Source: Candidatus Poriferihabitaceae bacterium (GTDB taxonomy: Bacteria; Pseudomonadota; Gammaproteobacteria; Arenicellales; Poriferihabitantaceae). From it: DNA of 64,000 nt. The notes beneath the pieces were generated by a model. That model saw only the letters and a list, made by a program, of their open reading frames with translations, did not search any database and was not told the origin of the DNA. Each line of letters opens with the position of its first letter. Positions within the stretch are counted from its first letter, which is position 1. Where the stretch lies: the NCBI GenBank assembly GCA_965221795.1, contig OZ244914.1, forward strand, positions 2,112,974-2,176,973. Reading direction: 5' to 3'. Shown in pieces: positions 28,963 through 39,411 of this stretch. The position numbers were made by a program, and so were the translations under genes.

Positions 28963-29571
28963 TCGTAGAGCAAAAGGAGTCGGTGGGAAGGAGAGCCACT
29001 GGGCTCTCCCCTCGGTGGCCTCTGGGGTCGTCTGTCCAGCCCCCGCTTGCACGTATGGGATTGCAGAGAAGGGTTGAGTTCGGTACTTTGCAATTTTGAG
29101 TAGGTTTTGGAGACGATAAGAGAGAACCGCACATCCCACCATAGCGCGATCATGGCATGATTTTCTGCAAACCGGTCCTCTGTGAATAGTCTCGCGCCGT
29201 TCGGTCTACCGACGCTTGCATGGTTTTGCAGGGGGAGTGGAACCCGGTTCCTTCCTCGTATGCGATCGCCAAAGCATCGGATTGCCCCGGGTCGACGGAT
29301 TTGTAGACGGCGGCAGATGTCGGGACAATCGGCACCCCATCCTCTAACTTCGGTCCCCTGGGGGATCAGACTGCAGGAAGTCCGGTACGAGATCCTGTGG
29401 CCCTGCGGGTCCGCTCGAACTCCTCACTACATAACATACTGGCGATCTCTTGGTTTCGTTACCGAAGCTGTCGCCGCTCTCTGGCCGATTTGCAACCCCC
29501 CAGCGTCACCACATCCATACATCAATTATATCGATTGTTGCGCTTCAGAGTGGAACGGGGCATACGGAACA

Positions 29572-32091
29572 TCAGAAAGTGCGGCGGTAACGAACCAGCA
29601 GCATCGCTTCCCGCTCGCCTTGGGTATGTCCGGCATTGCGCGAGATGACGCTGGCCAAATGAGTCTCGCCTCCTGCCCAGGGAAGGGAATACACCATCTC
29701 CAGATCCAGTTGGCGGCCTGAGGGTTCGAGGGCTACGGTCGTTTGTCCGACTTCGACCTGCCCGTCAGCAGTCCGGCCCGAGATCCATCGCAAGCCCGCA
29801 TGTCCGGACTCCACGCGCAGGGGCTGGGAAAGTCGGATACCCATACGGTTTCCGATCACACCGAGTGAGAAAGCGCTGCTCCACAGTGTCGAGAGGCTCT
29901 GGATCATGCCATCATGCCGCATCCCGGACTCACTCAGTCCAGCATGGGCACTGGCCAGCAAACGCCAGCTAATTCCGAGGGGGCGGTGAATCGACAGCCC
30001 CACCACATGGGTTTCGGAAACCGGTTCTCCAAAAGCTCTGCTGGATCGACTGCCGGCCACTCCGCCAGATTCAGTGAGTCGCCCGCCTTGGATCGCGTAT
30101 CCGGTCCCGTTGGGCTTGTCGAAGCGGTATTCGGCCAGGAAGCCTTGAGTCTCTCCCTCACTGGGGTCGGTTGGGTCGTTGTCGTGCCCTGTGCTATGGA
30201 AGGCTGCCATCCGGATCGTACCAGGTCCAGCGGTCTGTGAGAGGCCTAAACTGATGCCATTTTGGGCGAAACCAGCCCAAGGGTTAGCGAAAGCGTTTCG
30301 ATCAGTGAATACATCGGGTCGGATAGATGGGTTGCCGTGGTCCAGTACGTCGCCCACATATGGCCCGAACCGCTTGCCGGGATGGTCCCGGTATCCAAAC
30401 CACAGTGCTCCAACGCCCATATCCTGCTCCAACGACAGAGAGCCGGGGACGCCGGTAATCAGCCAGTCCGGAGTGTCTGGCATCCGCCCGCCCGGGGAAT
30501 CTGGGTCGAACGGGGCAGTGATGTTTCGTGATTCCGGGCCGGCATCGATCTGCAGCCGAATGGTCATACGTCCTATGTGCCACCCCATGCCCAGAGGAGA
30601 CTGCCCTAGTGCTCGGAGGCGATCTTCCAGACGCAGCCTGCCTTGGCGGGTATCGGCTGGAAGAAAGTCCCCCATGGGGTGGAAGAACGGCGCATCCAGT
30701 GCATCGAAGCTCGCCACTTCGATCCTCGACCATCCCCGGGTCAAGGCATCGCCGAAGGCGGTCCCGGGGCGGAAAGTGCTGTGATGAGCGAGGGCAGAAG
30801 GGCCGGAAAGGGAGTCCCCGGTCAGCAAGCGCGTCTCGCCAACTGGCCGCGTCGCGGCTTCCAGGTCCAGGAATCCCTGACCGTACACATCGGAATTGGC
30901 GTATTCTCCCTGCCGGTTGGCCGTCGCCAGGAGGCGTTGCACGATTTCGTCATTGCCCAGCTGGCCTCGGTAATATTGCGCAAGCAGACCGATTCCCCCG
31001 GTCACGAACGGTGCGGCCGCAGAGGTTCCGGCGATCTCAATGGTCTGGTAACATTCCTTCGTTCCGACCGGGCAGTAAAATGTTGGCAAGGGGCCAATGA
31101 CGTCCATGCCCGGCGCGGCCAGACAGAAGTCTCCAGCGATACCACACTGGTTGGAGAATGCCGCGATCTTTCCTTCGGGGTTCGTTGCCACTACGGCCAG
31201 GGAGTGGCCGCGAAGCTCCGGGAGCCGTGCCGGCAGCCCAGCAACAATCTCCACCGAGCTTCCCGACTCTATGGAGTCGTCCGCATGAACTTCGCCCCGG
31301 CTATTGCCGGCAGCCCATACATAAATCGTCCGCTCGCCCGCTGGAGTATTGGCTTGGGCAATGGCATCAATGACGTGAGGAAAGCGCTGGCGTAGCTCTT
31401 CAGCAGTGAATGCCTCAATATTTCCCGGCAGTCCAAAGCTGGCATTGACAGCGGTCGCTCTGCCATTCAGGTGAGTGAAAGCCTCCGCGAACTGTTGCTC
31501 GAGGCGAGCTTCGAGACTGTGGACCATCATCGAGAGATCCTCAGGCGGGGTGTCTTCGATGATCTGGTCCAGACTGGGAAAACCGACCGAAATCACCCGA
31601 GCATCAAAGGCAACGCCATGAGTGGCGTCGTCAAGAATGGGGACACCATCGGGCTTGGCGCGTCGGCCGGCCGCCATGATGCCGCCGACGAACGTACCAT
31701 GGCCGAGGTTATGGAAACAGGATCCATCTGGAGATGGCTCAGGGCATGCGGAAAAATCGGGGTGGTAGCCAGCCAGATTATGTGTTTCAAGCTTTCCCTC
31801 GAATTTGGGGTGTGCCGGGTCGATGCCGCTATCGACAATGCCGAGTGTCACCCCCGCCCCGGTCGCCCCACGCGCATAGGCATAATCTGCCCCGATCTGG
31901 CCTAACCCATACTGGTTACGGAACTCCGGGTGCATTGCATATGCCTGTCGCAGGGTTTCCTCTGGCCCGGAAATCGGTGGCCGTATGAATTCCGTCTTCA
32001 TCTCCCCCACGGCCAGGTCATTCGTTCCGGTGCAACCCGATAGGGCAAGAGCCAGAACGCTTGCGATGACCAACAGTTGCAGATTTCGCAT
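29572..32091 (-). CDS. Lipoprotein-signal S8 (subtilisin) serine protease with C-terminal beta-domain (autotransporter-like)
   Basis: RBS GGAGA; lipobox ALSGC; triad IVDSGID / HGTFVGG / GTSAAAP; WAAGN oxyanion Asn; beta-rich C-half ending in Phe. Confidence 0.85.
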   Translation of the reverse strand: MRNLQLLVIASVLALALSGCTGTNDLAVGEMKTEFIRPPISGPEETLRQAYAMHPEFRNQYGLGQIGADYAYARGATGAGVTLGIVDSGIDPAHPKFEGKLETHNLAGYHPDFSACPEPSPDGSCFHNLGHGTFVGGIMAAGRRAKPDGVPILDDATHGVAFDARVISVGFPSLDQIIEDTPPEDLSMMVHSLEARLEQQFAEAFTHLNGRATAVNASFGLPGNIEAFTAEELRQRFPHVIDAIAQANTPAGERTIYVWAAGNSRGEVHADDSIESGSSVEIVAGLPARLPELRGHSLAVVATNPEGKIAAFSNQCGIAGDFCLAAPGMDVIGPLPTFYCPVGTKECYQTIEIAGTSAAAPFVTGGIGLLAQYYRGQLGNDEIVQRLLATANRQGEYANSDVYGQGFLDLEAATRPVGETRLLTGDSLSGPSALAHHSTFRPGTAFGDALTRGWSRIEVASFDALDAPFFHPMGDFLPADTRQGRLRLEDRLRALGQSPLGMGWHIGRMTIRLQIDAGPESRNITAPFDPDSPGGRMPDTPDWLITGVPGSLSLEQDMGVGALWFGYRDHPGKRFGPYVGDVLDHGNPSIRPDVFTDRNAFANPWAGFAQNGISLGLSQTAGPGTIRMAAFHSTGHDNDPTDPSEGETQGFLAEYRFDKPNGTGYAIQGGRLTESGGVAGSRSSRAFGEPVSETHVVGLSIHRPLGISWRLLASAHAGLSESGMRHDGMIQSLSTLWSSAFSLGVIGNRMGIRLSQPLRVESGHAGLRWISGRTADGQVEVGQTTVALEPSGRQLDLEMVYSLPWAGGETHLASVISRNAGHTQGEREAMLLVRYRRTF

Positions 32092-32131
32092 GATGTCTCC
32101 ATGATGGTAGAGTCTTCGATCTAATATGCTA

Positions 32132-32728
32132 TCCCGGGACCAGTCCGAAGTGCAACCGCGCCGCGATCCCGGAATGAGGGCGTAGCCCAAAGGGAGAGAT
32201 CGCGGCGGCGACCCAAAAATTCGCGCGTCGAGCGCCTCTTTTCGGTCCCGGATGGCAGCCATCTCGACGGCTGGCGATCCTGACCGAAGCCATCGGCCAA
32301 GGCAAGGGCGCGCTCCGGACCTGAAGGCCGAGCGAAGCCGCTCCGGTGAATCACCAGAGGGCCCGGAGTGCCGGGTTCGACGGGGGACCATGGGCCGCGT
32401 CCGGGGGGGAGCCAGCCCACGGGCAAAGACTCTGCCGGGGTACGAACCCCCAGGACCTTCCGAGGCCGACGGTGGAGCCGATCCGCCACCGCCCGTACCG
32501 GCGCCGCCGTCACCTGGCGGCAGTCGGTGCCCTGCGGGAAGTACGGGCGCACCCGGCCGTAAATCGGGCATCGTTCAGCATGGGTCAGGTGATCGTAGCC
32601 TACGGGCATGACCATCCTCCGTTGGTGAGAAACAGAGATGGTTAGCCATCATCTGGACCGCTGCAAGCTACTTTTCAGCTCACCAGCCAGCGGCTTACGG
32701 GGTGTTGCACCTCACACTGGAAAAGGGG
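32132..32728 (-). mobile_element. IS30-family element copy 3, internally deleted (597 bp, MITE-like)
   Basis: Both TIRs present; 3-bp TSD CTA (32129-31, 32729-31); transposase jumps from HAERC to GRVRPYFP. Confidence 0.9.
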
Positions 32729-33073
32729 CTAGATCGACATGCAGTTGGCAATCGAGTAGACGGCATCGGACTCATGTTCGTCAATCGTGGGGTTCATTGC
32801 GGGAGTGGTTCCGACATCGCACGGAGACGGTACTGCGCTTCACTGGGGTTTCAGGCCGTCCCATATCGCGGGACCGACTGGTTCCGGTAGAACCGCTCGG
32901 GTTTTGTATAGCACTTGCAATCAGGTTTGGGTGAAGCGCCCCGTATCTCCTGCAAGCCGCAGGATAGCAAGCTGTGCTCTCCCACCTCTGGCAAAGACAC
33001 TGCCATTTCGGGACAGGTCTGGTATGGGGTAACCGGTCCGGTCAATAAGTAGGAGATGATCACCCAATGCCCC

Positions 33074-33193
33074 TTACATACTCGACCTCATTCGTCCGTG
33101 AAATACCACGATGGGTGCCGGTACCTTGTGGATGCAACCCACACAAAACGGGAAACTTAGTACGTTCGAAATCTGGAGGTATTCAATATTCAT
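33074..33193 (-). pseudogene. 39-aa ORF with strong RBS, possibly a truncated ATPase N-terminus
   Basis: AGGAGGA then ATG; MNIEYLQISNVLSF resembles the first strand of SMC/AAA-type ATPases, then diverges. Confidence 0.3.
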
Positions 33194-33365
33194 TGAGATA
33201 TCCTCCTATCATTACTGTATTCTGTAAAGGTCAAAGGCACTAGTTGTGTCAATCTTGCTTACCTGATTCGTTTTCCTTGCATTGCGGTCGGTCGGGATAC
33301 ATCTTGATGGCCAGCGGGACACTGGCTACCAGTACCGACTTTGCTAATATGGATGTGCCATCAAA

Positions 33366-34247
33366 TTATTGCTTATTGGACCAAGGAAGTTTGTGATAGA
33401 ACATCCTGACGCGCTCGAAACATTCATCGAAATCCGGAAGATTCCCGGTTTCCAGTTCGATTGTGTTCCAATCGGCTCGGGCCCGCTGTCTGATCTCGGG
33501 ATCATCCATGGAGCCGGGACTGGGATTAATATCACGTGATGTGCACTTGATCACCAGCATTTCAAGTATCCTACCCAATGCATAGTCATCCAGATCAGGA
33601 TCCCGGATCAGGATATCAAGATCATAGACGTCCTGTTCTCGGTACCGGTCGCGAGAAGGCTGCTGAAGCAATGCCCGGTACTTCTCTGCAATCATATCGA
33701 TTAGCGAGTAGGCCAACAGAGTATTCCCATCCGATATCTGGAGGATCTGAATTTCTTCCATGGTTTCGTTGAATGAGATATCCATCGCTATAACTGAGCT
33801 GGTCATGCCCTCCAGCAGTTGTTGATGCTGCCTACTAGCCCGATCGGCATAACCGATCTTGATGCGCATTGCCGGAGCAGTCGCATCCGGAAAACGGTTT
33901 CCAGGCATTCCCTTTACGCTCTGGACCCGTAGGACAGTCCGGGGGTGCCCGCACTCCGATGCGGCACGAAGCAGGGCCGGATCAAGTGCCTTCCGCATGA
34001 TATTTCCTGCCGACTTATCCGACTCTATCGTGTCCGCAATGGAAAAATCGACATCTGCACTCAATCGCACACTGTCGTATACAAGTCCCATGAATACTCC
34101 TCCTTTGAGATATAGCATTTCACGTAATGAGGGGGTTGTTGCGATTGCATGGAGAATGATATGGGTGATCTCGCGCTGTCGCCGGGTCACTCCGGAAACA
34201 CTACGAACCCACTGGCCGATATCGATGGATGTACTTGGGTCAGACAT
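33366..34247 (-). CDS. AbiEii/AbiGii-family nucleotidyltransferase toxin (type IV TA)
   Basis: LYLKGG....L.Y...R.SADVDFS, DISFNE, AEKYRALL, R.QDVYDL. Confidence 0.88.
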   Translation of the reverse strand: MSDPSTSIDIGQWVRSVSGVTRRQREITHIILHAIATTPSLREMLYLKGGVFMGLVYDSVRLSADVDFSIADTIESDKSAGNIMRKALDPALLRAASECGHPRTVLRVQSVKGMPGNRFPDATAPAMRIKIGYADRASRQHQQLLEGMTSSVIAMDISFNETMEEIQILQISDGNTLLAYSLIDMIAEKYRALLQQPSRDRYREQDVYDLDILIRDPDLDDYALGRILEMLVIKCTSRDINPSPGSMDDPEIRQRARADWNTIELETGNLPDFDECFERVRMFYHKLPWSNKQ

Positions 34248-35082
34248 TCAGGGAAAGGCTCCAGTCTTCGGAATAGATTGGGGCATAGTCTCTTGACGGG
34301 TCCAGCTTGCAGCTCCCGCCCCGTTGCGGAGCGGAGGCCTGCCAGGTGTCTATTTTTTCATGATGAATATTCAGTCGTTCCGAGAGGATATATCCCGCTC
34401 GGCACTTGACAATCTTTTTCGGGAATTCATCAACCGCGGTGACGATTTCCTCGACCCACTGGCCAGCATGCTCCCCATAGACTTCCAGAACATGTCGCAT
34501 GCCTCCGCAAAGATCCTGTCTCCTCAGCATATCGAGAAATGTTTGTCCAATGGTAGCCAGACGCATCCGGCGACCCTGCACGACAACAGAATTTCCGACC
34601 GGTTTGCTGTCGATCATGCGGATGGGATGCCCTCGAACCGAATCAGGGTGCTTGATTCTCCGTGGTTGGAGATATTTCGGTGGTCGCGGGCGCGGGTCGT
34701 TTTCCATCATTTTCATCAATTGTGTCCTTGACTCGAGTGCATTGGCTCTGGTGAAAATTACCTCTTGGGGAATGCGGTCTGTCAGCCCCCACCACTGCAT
34801 GGCGGACAGGTGTGAAACATGGCACAACGGATCGGCCAGGCACACGATGTCCTCGAGCGGTTGATCGTGGGCGACAAGAATCCGCATGACCCGTTCGCTA
34901 TAGTCATCATCCTCGTCGATGACCCGGGCCTGGAGCAGGGACTTGTAGGCCCTGAAATATTGGTTCATGCCCGGATCAGGATACATGTCCTGAATCATTC
35001 GAAACAACTCGTAGGGTGTAATGACAGCTTGCCCCTGCTCCCTTAACCTGTTTTTCAACAGCAATCCCGCTCGGCTCATCAC
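34240..35082 (-). CDS. AbiEi-family antitoxin / transcriptional regulator (type IV TA)
   Basis: SHLSAMQWWGLTDRIP, T..QTFLDM, terminal WSLSLNV; 8-bp overlap with the toxin gene. Confidence 0.85.
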   Translation of the reverse strand: MMSRAGLLLKNRLREQGQAVITPYELFRMIQDMYPDPGMNQYFRAYKSLLQARVIDEDDDYSERVMRILVAHDQPLEDIVCLADPLCHVSHLSAMQWWGLTDRIPQEVIFTRANALESRTQLMKMMENDPRPRPPKYLQPRRIKHPDSVRGHPIRMIDSKPVGNSVVVQGRRMRLATIGQTFLDMLRRQDLCGGMRHVLEVYGEHAGQWVEEIVTAVDEFPKKIVKCRAGYILSERLNIHHEKIDTWQASAPQRGGSCKLDPSRDYAPIYSEDWSLSLNV

Positions 35083-35108
35083 TACTTGCTTAAAAATCTT
35101 TATTGTAT

Positions 35109-35180
35109 TATAATACTATTGTCTTAAAGACAATAGTATTATATATAATATATATATCCTAAGGATATATATATTATATA
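35109..35180. promoter_or_regulatory. Two abutting perfect palindromes, probable antitoxin operators over the abiE promoter
   Basis: 35109-35143: 17-bp arms TATAATACTATTGTCTT around a 1-nt centre; 35142-35180: 19-bp arms TATATAATATATATATCCT around a 1-nt centre; minus-strand TATAAT at 35107-12, 35138-43, 35173-78. Confidence 0.8.
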
Positions 35181-35201
35181 CTAGTTTTTGAGTATATAAA
35201 C

Positions 35202-36340
35202 CCCCGAGACCAGTCCGAAGTGCAACCGCGCCGCGATCCCGGAATGAGGGCGTAGCCCGAAGGGAGAGATCGCGGCAGCGACCCAAAAATTCGCGCTGCG
35301 AGCGCTTCTTTTCGGCCTCGGATGGCAACCATCTCGACGGCTGGCGATCCTGACCGAAGTCATCGGCCAAGGCCAGGGCGAAATCGGCACCATGAGGCCG
35401 AGCGAGGCCGCTCCGGCGGGTCACCGGAGTGCCGGGAGGCGATAGAGGGACCGCCGGCCGCGTCCGGGGGGGGGGGGGCAACCCACGGGCAAAGACCTCC
35501 GCCGGGGTGCGGTATCCCAGGACCTTCCGAGGCCGACGGTTGAGCCGGTCCTCCACCGCCCGCACCTGCGCGGCAGTCACCTGACGGAAATCTGTCCCGT
35601 TCGGGAAGTACTGGCGCACCCGGCCGTTGGTATGCTCGTTCCGGCCCCGTTCCCAGGAGTGGTAGGGGGTAGCGAAGGTAAAGCCCGCATCGAGCTTCTG
35701 TGCGACCTCCCGCTCCCAATCGCCGGTCCGGCTCTTCTCGGCCACCACCGAAGGCCGCCCCGGTCCGGGGTCTGGCCGCGTCCGGCAGGACGGCCGCCGC
35801 GCCCGTTCGGCTTCTGGCCCCGACGTTGCAGGCACCGGTACAGGGCTCCTCCCGCCTGCCGGTCCGCCCGCACCTGCGGGTAGATCCACTCCTTGCCCGC
35901 CATCCCTTCGCCCGGCAATCGAACCCAGCCAGCGATCTGCTCCGGGCTCCATCCTTCCTGCAACCGTTCTTCCGCGACCGCCCAGTGCTCCGGTGTCATC
36001 TTCCGGGGCACCGCCGACGCTTCCTGGCGACGGGCCGTAGCCTGGCCGTCGGCCGGTTGGTGCCGGTCGCCTCGCAGGCCACAGTTGCGCGACGTCTCCC
36101 GCGAGATCGTCGCAGGGTCCCGTCCGAGGTCGCGGGCCATCTCCCGTTTCGACAACCCCCTATACAACCGGGCGTGAATCGGGCATCGTTCGGCAGGGGT
36201 CAGGGGGTGGTAACCTACGGGCATGGCAATCCTCCGTTGGTGATCAACCGAGATGGTTGACCATCCTCTGGCCCACCGCAAGCTTTTCACCTCACCAGCC
36301 AGCGGCTTACGGGGTGTTGCACTTCACACTGGAAAAGGGG
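35202..36340 (-). mobile_element. IS30-family element copy 4, partly deleted and frameshifted
   Basis: Both TIRs; N-terminal HTH region and PYHSWERG C-terminus retained, central DDE part missing; flanks AAC/GTG, no TSD. Confidence 0.9.
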
Positions 36341-36417
36341 GTGTTCTATATAGATACAACAAGACAAAATATGGTTATCATGCAGGCCCTATCGCCCTTG
36401 CAGAGTAGGAACTTGAA

Positions 36418-38274
36418 ATGAACCCGCAGATTATCATGACCCGGCCCCACTCCCCTCGATTCCTCACGTTCGTATGGGCCCTGATGTGGGTTGTTCCCAT
36501 GGCTCCGGTCACTGCAATCGCACAGGATTCAGTGGTCCGGAAAGAAGCCATTGCCGAATTTGGCGAGCCTCTCTATGCGGATGGCATGGAACACTTTCCT
36601 TATGCAAACCCGGATGCACCCAAGGGAGGCCGGATAGTATTGAGCGATTTCGGCAGCTTTGACACTCTGAATTTCTATGTCCAGAAAGGGGAATGGCCTA
36701 GCAGTATCGGTAGAATCTATGACGACTTGATGACCGGCTCTGCTGACGAGATTGATGGCCTGTATGGGCTGATTGCGGAGAGTGTGGAGTATCCGGAAGA
36801 CAAAAGCTGGGCCATTTTCAATCTTCGGGAGGAGGCGGTCTATCACGATGGAGCCCCGATCATCGCGGCAGATTTTGTCTTTGCGCTGGAAACCATCAAA
36901 AAGCACGGCCGGGCATTCGTCAAGTCGTTCTACGAAGACATTGACCGTGCAGAAGCATTATCTGAAAAGCGGCTCCGCTTCCATTTCCACACCACCGATA
37001 CGATGAAACCCATCACCATCGCAGCCGGCATGTCGCCGCTGCCAGTGCATTACTGGCAGGACCGGGATGTGACGGCATCCACGCTCGAATCGCCATTGAC
37101 GAGTGGACCATATCGAATCAAGGAATTGGATCCCGGCCGTTCTATCACTTATGAGCGAGTGCAGGATTACTGGGCAAAGGATCTTCCGGTGAAGCGCGGT
37201 CTCCACAATATGGATGAAATTCGCTATGAGTATTACCGGGACCTGACGGTGCAATTCGAAGCTTTCAAGGCCGGCGAGATTGATTTTCGCTCAGAAGGGT
37301 CGGCAAAGCGCTGGATGACAGAATATGAGACCAAGCCAGTTGCGGATGGGAGGATTTTGCGGGAGGAAATTCCGAGCAAGAGTCCCCGGGGTATGCGGGG
37401 GTTCTTTTTCAACCTGAAACGGGACAAGTTCAGCGATATCCGGGTGCGTGAGGCGATCATGACGTTGTATGATTTTGAAGCCATACAACGTACCCTGCTG
37501 TATGGTCAGTACCAGCGCATCCACAGCTATTTCGCCAACTCCGATTATGGGGCTACCGGAGAGCCAACCGCAGCGGAAAGATCGATCCTGGAACCCTTTG
37601 CGGACCAGCTGCCGGCCGGCACCCTGAACCGGGCATTCGTCCCGCCAAAAACTGACGGCAGCGGCCGGGACCGAAAGAACCTGCGTCGGGCGCTGTCGTT
37701 GTTCCGGGAAGCCGGTTGGCAACTGAAAGATGGAAAGCTGGTTTCTGGTCGTACCGGCGAACCGCTGCAGGTCGAGTTGATGACAGCCTATCCAGAAAGC
37801 CAGCGTCTGGCACTGCCATATGTCGAAAACCTGAAACGGGCGGGCATTGATGCCTCCATCCGCTTGGTGGATACTTCACAATGGCGTAACCGGATCCATG
37901 ATTATGACTTTGATCTCTGGGTGGGCGGGCTGAATTTTTTCCCTCCACCGGGCACGGAATTGCGCAGCTTCTTCGGCTCCCAGTCCGCTGACATTCGAGG
38001 TGGGAACTCGGGCGGGATCCAGAATCCGGTCGTGGATGCTATCATCGAACAAATCATAATAGCCAAGGAGCTTGAGGTACTGCATAACCGTACCCGGGCA
38101 CTTGATCGGGTACTGCTCTGGAATCATTATGTGGTTCCGACCTACTTCAATGATGAATCCTGGGTTGCGTATTGGGACCGATTCGGGTTCCCCGAACGTC
38201 GACCATTCTACAGTGTCGGCTTCCCGGACAGTTGGTGGGTGGACCCGGTCAAGGATGCCGCACTGGAACGTTGA
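36418..38274 (+). CDS. yejA: ABC transporter substrate-binding protein, family 5 (YejA-like)
   Basis: HFPYANPDAPKGG, FDTLN, YGLIAES, RALDRVLLW..Y.VP. Confidence 0.9.
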   Translation: MNPQIIMTRPHSPRFLTFVWALMWVVPMAPVTAIAQDSVVRKEAIAEFGEPLYADGMEHFPYANPDAPKGGRIVLSDFGSFDTLNFYVQKGEWPSSIGRIYDDLMTGSADEIDGLYGLIAESVEYPEDKSWAIFNLREEAVYHDGAPIIAADFVFALETIKKHGRAFVKSFYEDIDRAEALSEKRLRFHFHTTDTMKPITIAAGMSPLPVHYWQDRDVTASTLESPLTSGPYRIKELDPGRSITYERVQDYWAKDLPVKRGLHNMDEIRYEYYRDLTVQFEAFKAGEIDFRSEGSAKRWMTEYETKPVADGRILREEIPSKSPRGMRGFFFNLKRDKFSDIRVREAIMTLYDFEAIQRTLLYGQYQRIHSYFANSDYGATGEPTAAERSILEPFADQLPAGTLNRAFVPPKTDGSGRDRKNLRRALSLFREAGWQLKDGKLVSGRTGEPLQVELMTAYPESQRLALPYVENLKRAGIDASIRLVDTSQWRNRIHDYDFDLWVGGLNFFPPPGTELRSFFGSQSADIRGGNSGGIQNPVVDAIIEQIIIAKELEVLHNRTRALDRVLLWNHYVVPTYFNDESWVAYWDRFGFPERRPFYSVGFPDSWWVDPVKDAALER

Positions 38275-38298
38275 CAGTACAGTAGAACCGATCCGGTC

Positions 38299-39411
38299 AT
38301 GCTGGCCTATATTGTCCGTCGCCTATTGCTGGTGATTCCGACTCTGTTCGGGATCATGGTGGTGAATTTCGCGATCATCCAGTTTGCCCCCGGGGGGCCG
38401 GTGGAACAGGTGATTGCCGAACTCCAGGGACAGGCAACCGAGGCTACCAGCCGATTCTCCGGTACCGGTTCGGATATTCAGGGGGGGGAGGGGGCGCTCG
38501 GTGTAGTGGGCGGACAGGGAGGAGTGAGCAAGTATCGAGGGGCCCAGGGATTACGCCCAGAAATCATTGCCGAAATTGAAAAGCAGTTCGGCTTCGACCG
38601 CCCAGCCCATGAGCGATTTATCCAGATGCTCGGGGATTACCTGCGGTTCGATTTTGGAGAAAGCTATTACAGCAACCAACGGGTGGTGGACTTGGTTTGG
38701 GATAAATTGCCAGTTTCCATCTCGCTGGGATTGTGGACTACCCTGATCACCTATCTGGTTTCCATTCCCCTTGGGATACGAAAGGCGGTGCTTGACGACT
38801 CACGCTTCGATACCTGGACCAGTGGACTGATTGTGGCGGGTTATGCCATTCCAGGCTTTCTATTTGCGATTCTGCTGATTGTACTGTTTGCGGGCGGGCG
38901 ATACTTCGATCTTTTCCCGCTGCGGGGACTGACCTCCGAAAGCTGGGAGGATTTGTCCCTGTGGCGACAGGTTCTGGATTATTTCTGGCATATCACACTC
39001 CCAGTCGCGGCCATGGTCATCGGAAGTTTTGCCACGCTGACCATGCTGACCAAGAATTCGTTCCTCGACCAAATCCAGTTGCAGTATGTCCTGACGGCAC
39101 GGGCCAAGGGGCTGGATGAGAGTCAGGTACTGTATGGTCATGTGTTCCGCAATGCCATGCTGATCGTGATTGCCGGATTCCCGGCGTTGTTCATCAGTAT
39201 CCTGTTCACCGGTTCATTACTCATCGAAGTAATCTTTTCCCTGGACGGACTGGGTCTGCTGGGATTTGAGGCGGCCATCAACCGCGATTACCCGGTCATG
39301 TTCGCGACCCTGTACTTTTTTACCTTGATCGGGCTGCTGTTGCAGATTGTCCGGGATGTGGTCTATACCATCGTGGATCCTCGTATTGACTTCGAGTCCC
39401 GGACGGTCTGA
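38299..39411 (+). CDS. yejB: ABC transporter permease YejB
   Basis: [47 protein letters not shown]. Confidence 0.92.
   Translation: MLAYIVRRLLLVIPTLFGIMVVNFAIIQFAPGGPVEQVIAELQGQATEATSRFSGTGSDIQGGEGALGVVGGQGGVSKYRGAQGLRPEIIAEIEKQFGFDRPAHERFIQMLGDYLRFDFGESYYSNQRVVDLVWDKLPVSISLGLWTTLITYLVSIPLGIRKAVLDDSRFDTWTSGLIVAGYAIPGFLFAILLIVLFAGGRYFDLFPLRGLTSESWEDLSLWRQVLDYFWHITLPVAAMVIGSFATLTMLTKNSFLDQIQLQYVLTARAKGLDESQVLYGHVFRNAMLIVIAGFPALFISILFTGSLLIEVIFSLDGLGLLGFEAAINRDYPVMFATLYFFTLIGLLLQIVRDVVYTIVDPRIDFESRTV

Noticed and set aside
29572-32571. 999-aa transposase-protease fusion ORF in the track
   Set aside because: The first 160 codons are an open frame through IS30 copy 3; RBS, ATG and lipobox mark the real start at 32091.
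35466-35478. G13 homopolymer as a phase-variation switch
   Set aside because: It lies at the end of an already deleted transposase in IS copy 4 and has no plausible functional target.
13750-36340. Recurring GAAGTGCAAC-containing repeats as a CRISPR array or REP family
   Set aside because: They are dispersed IS termini and tails, with no regular repeat-spacer period and no cas genes.
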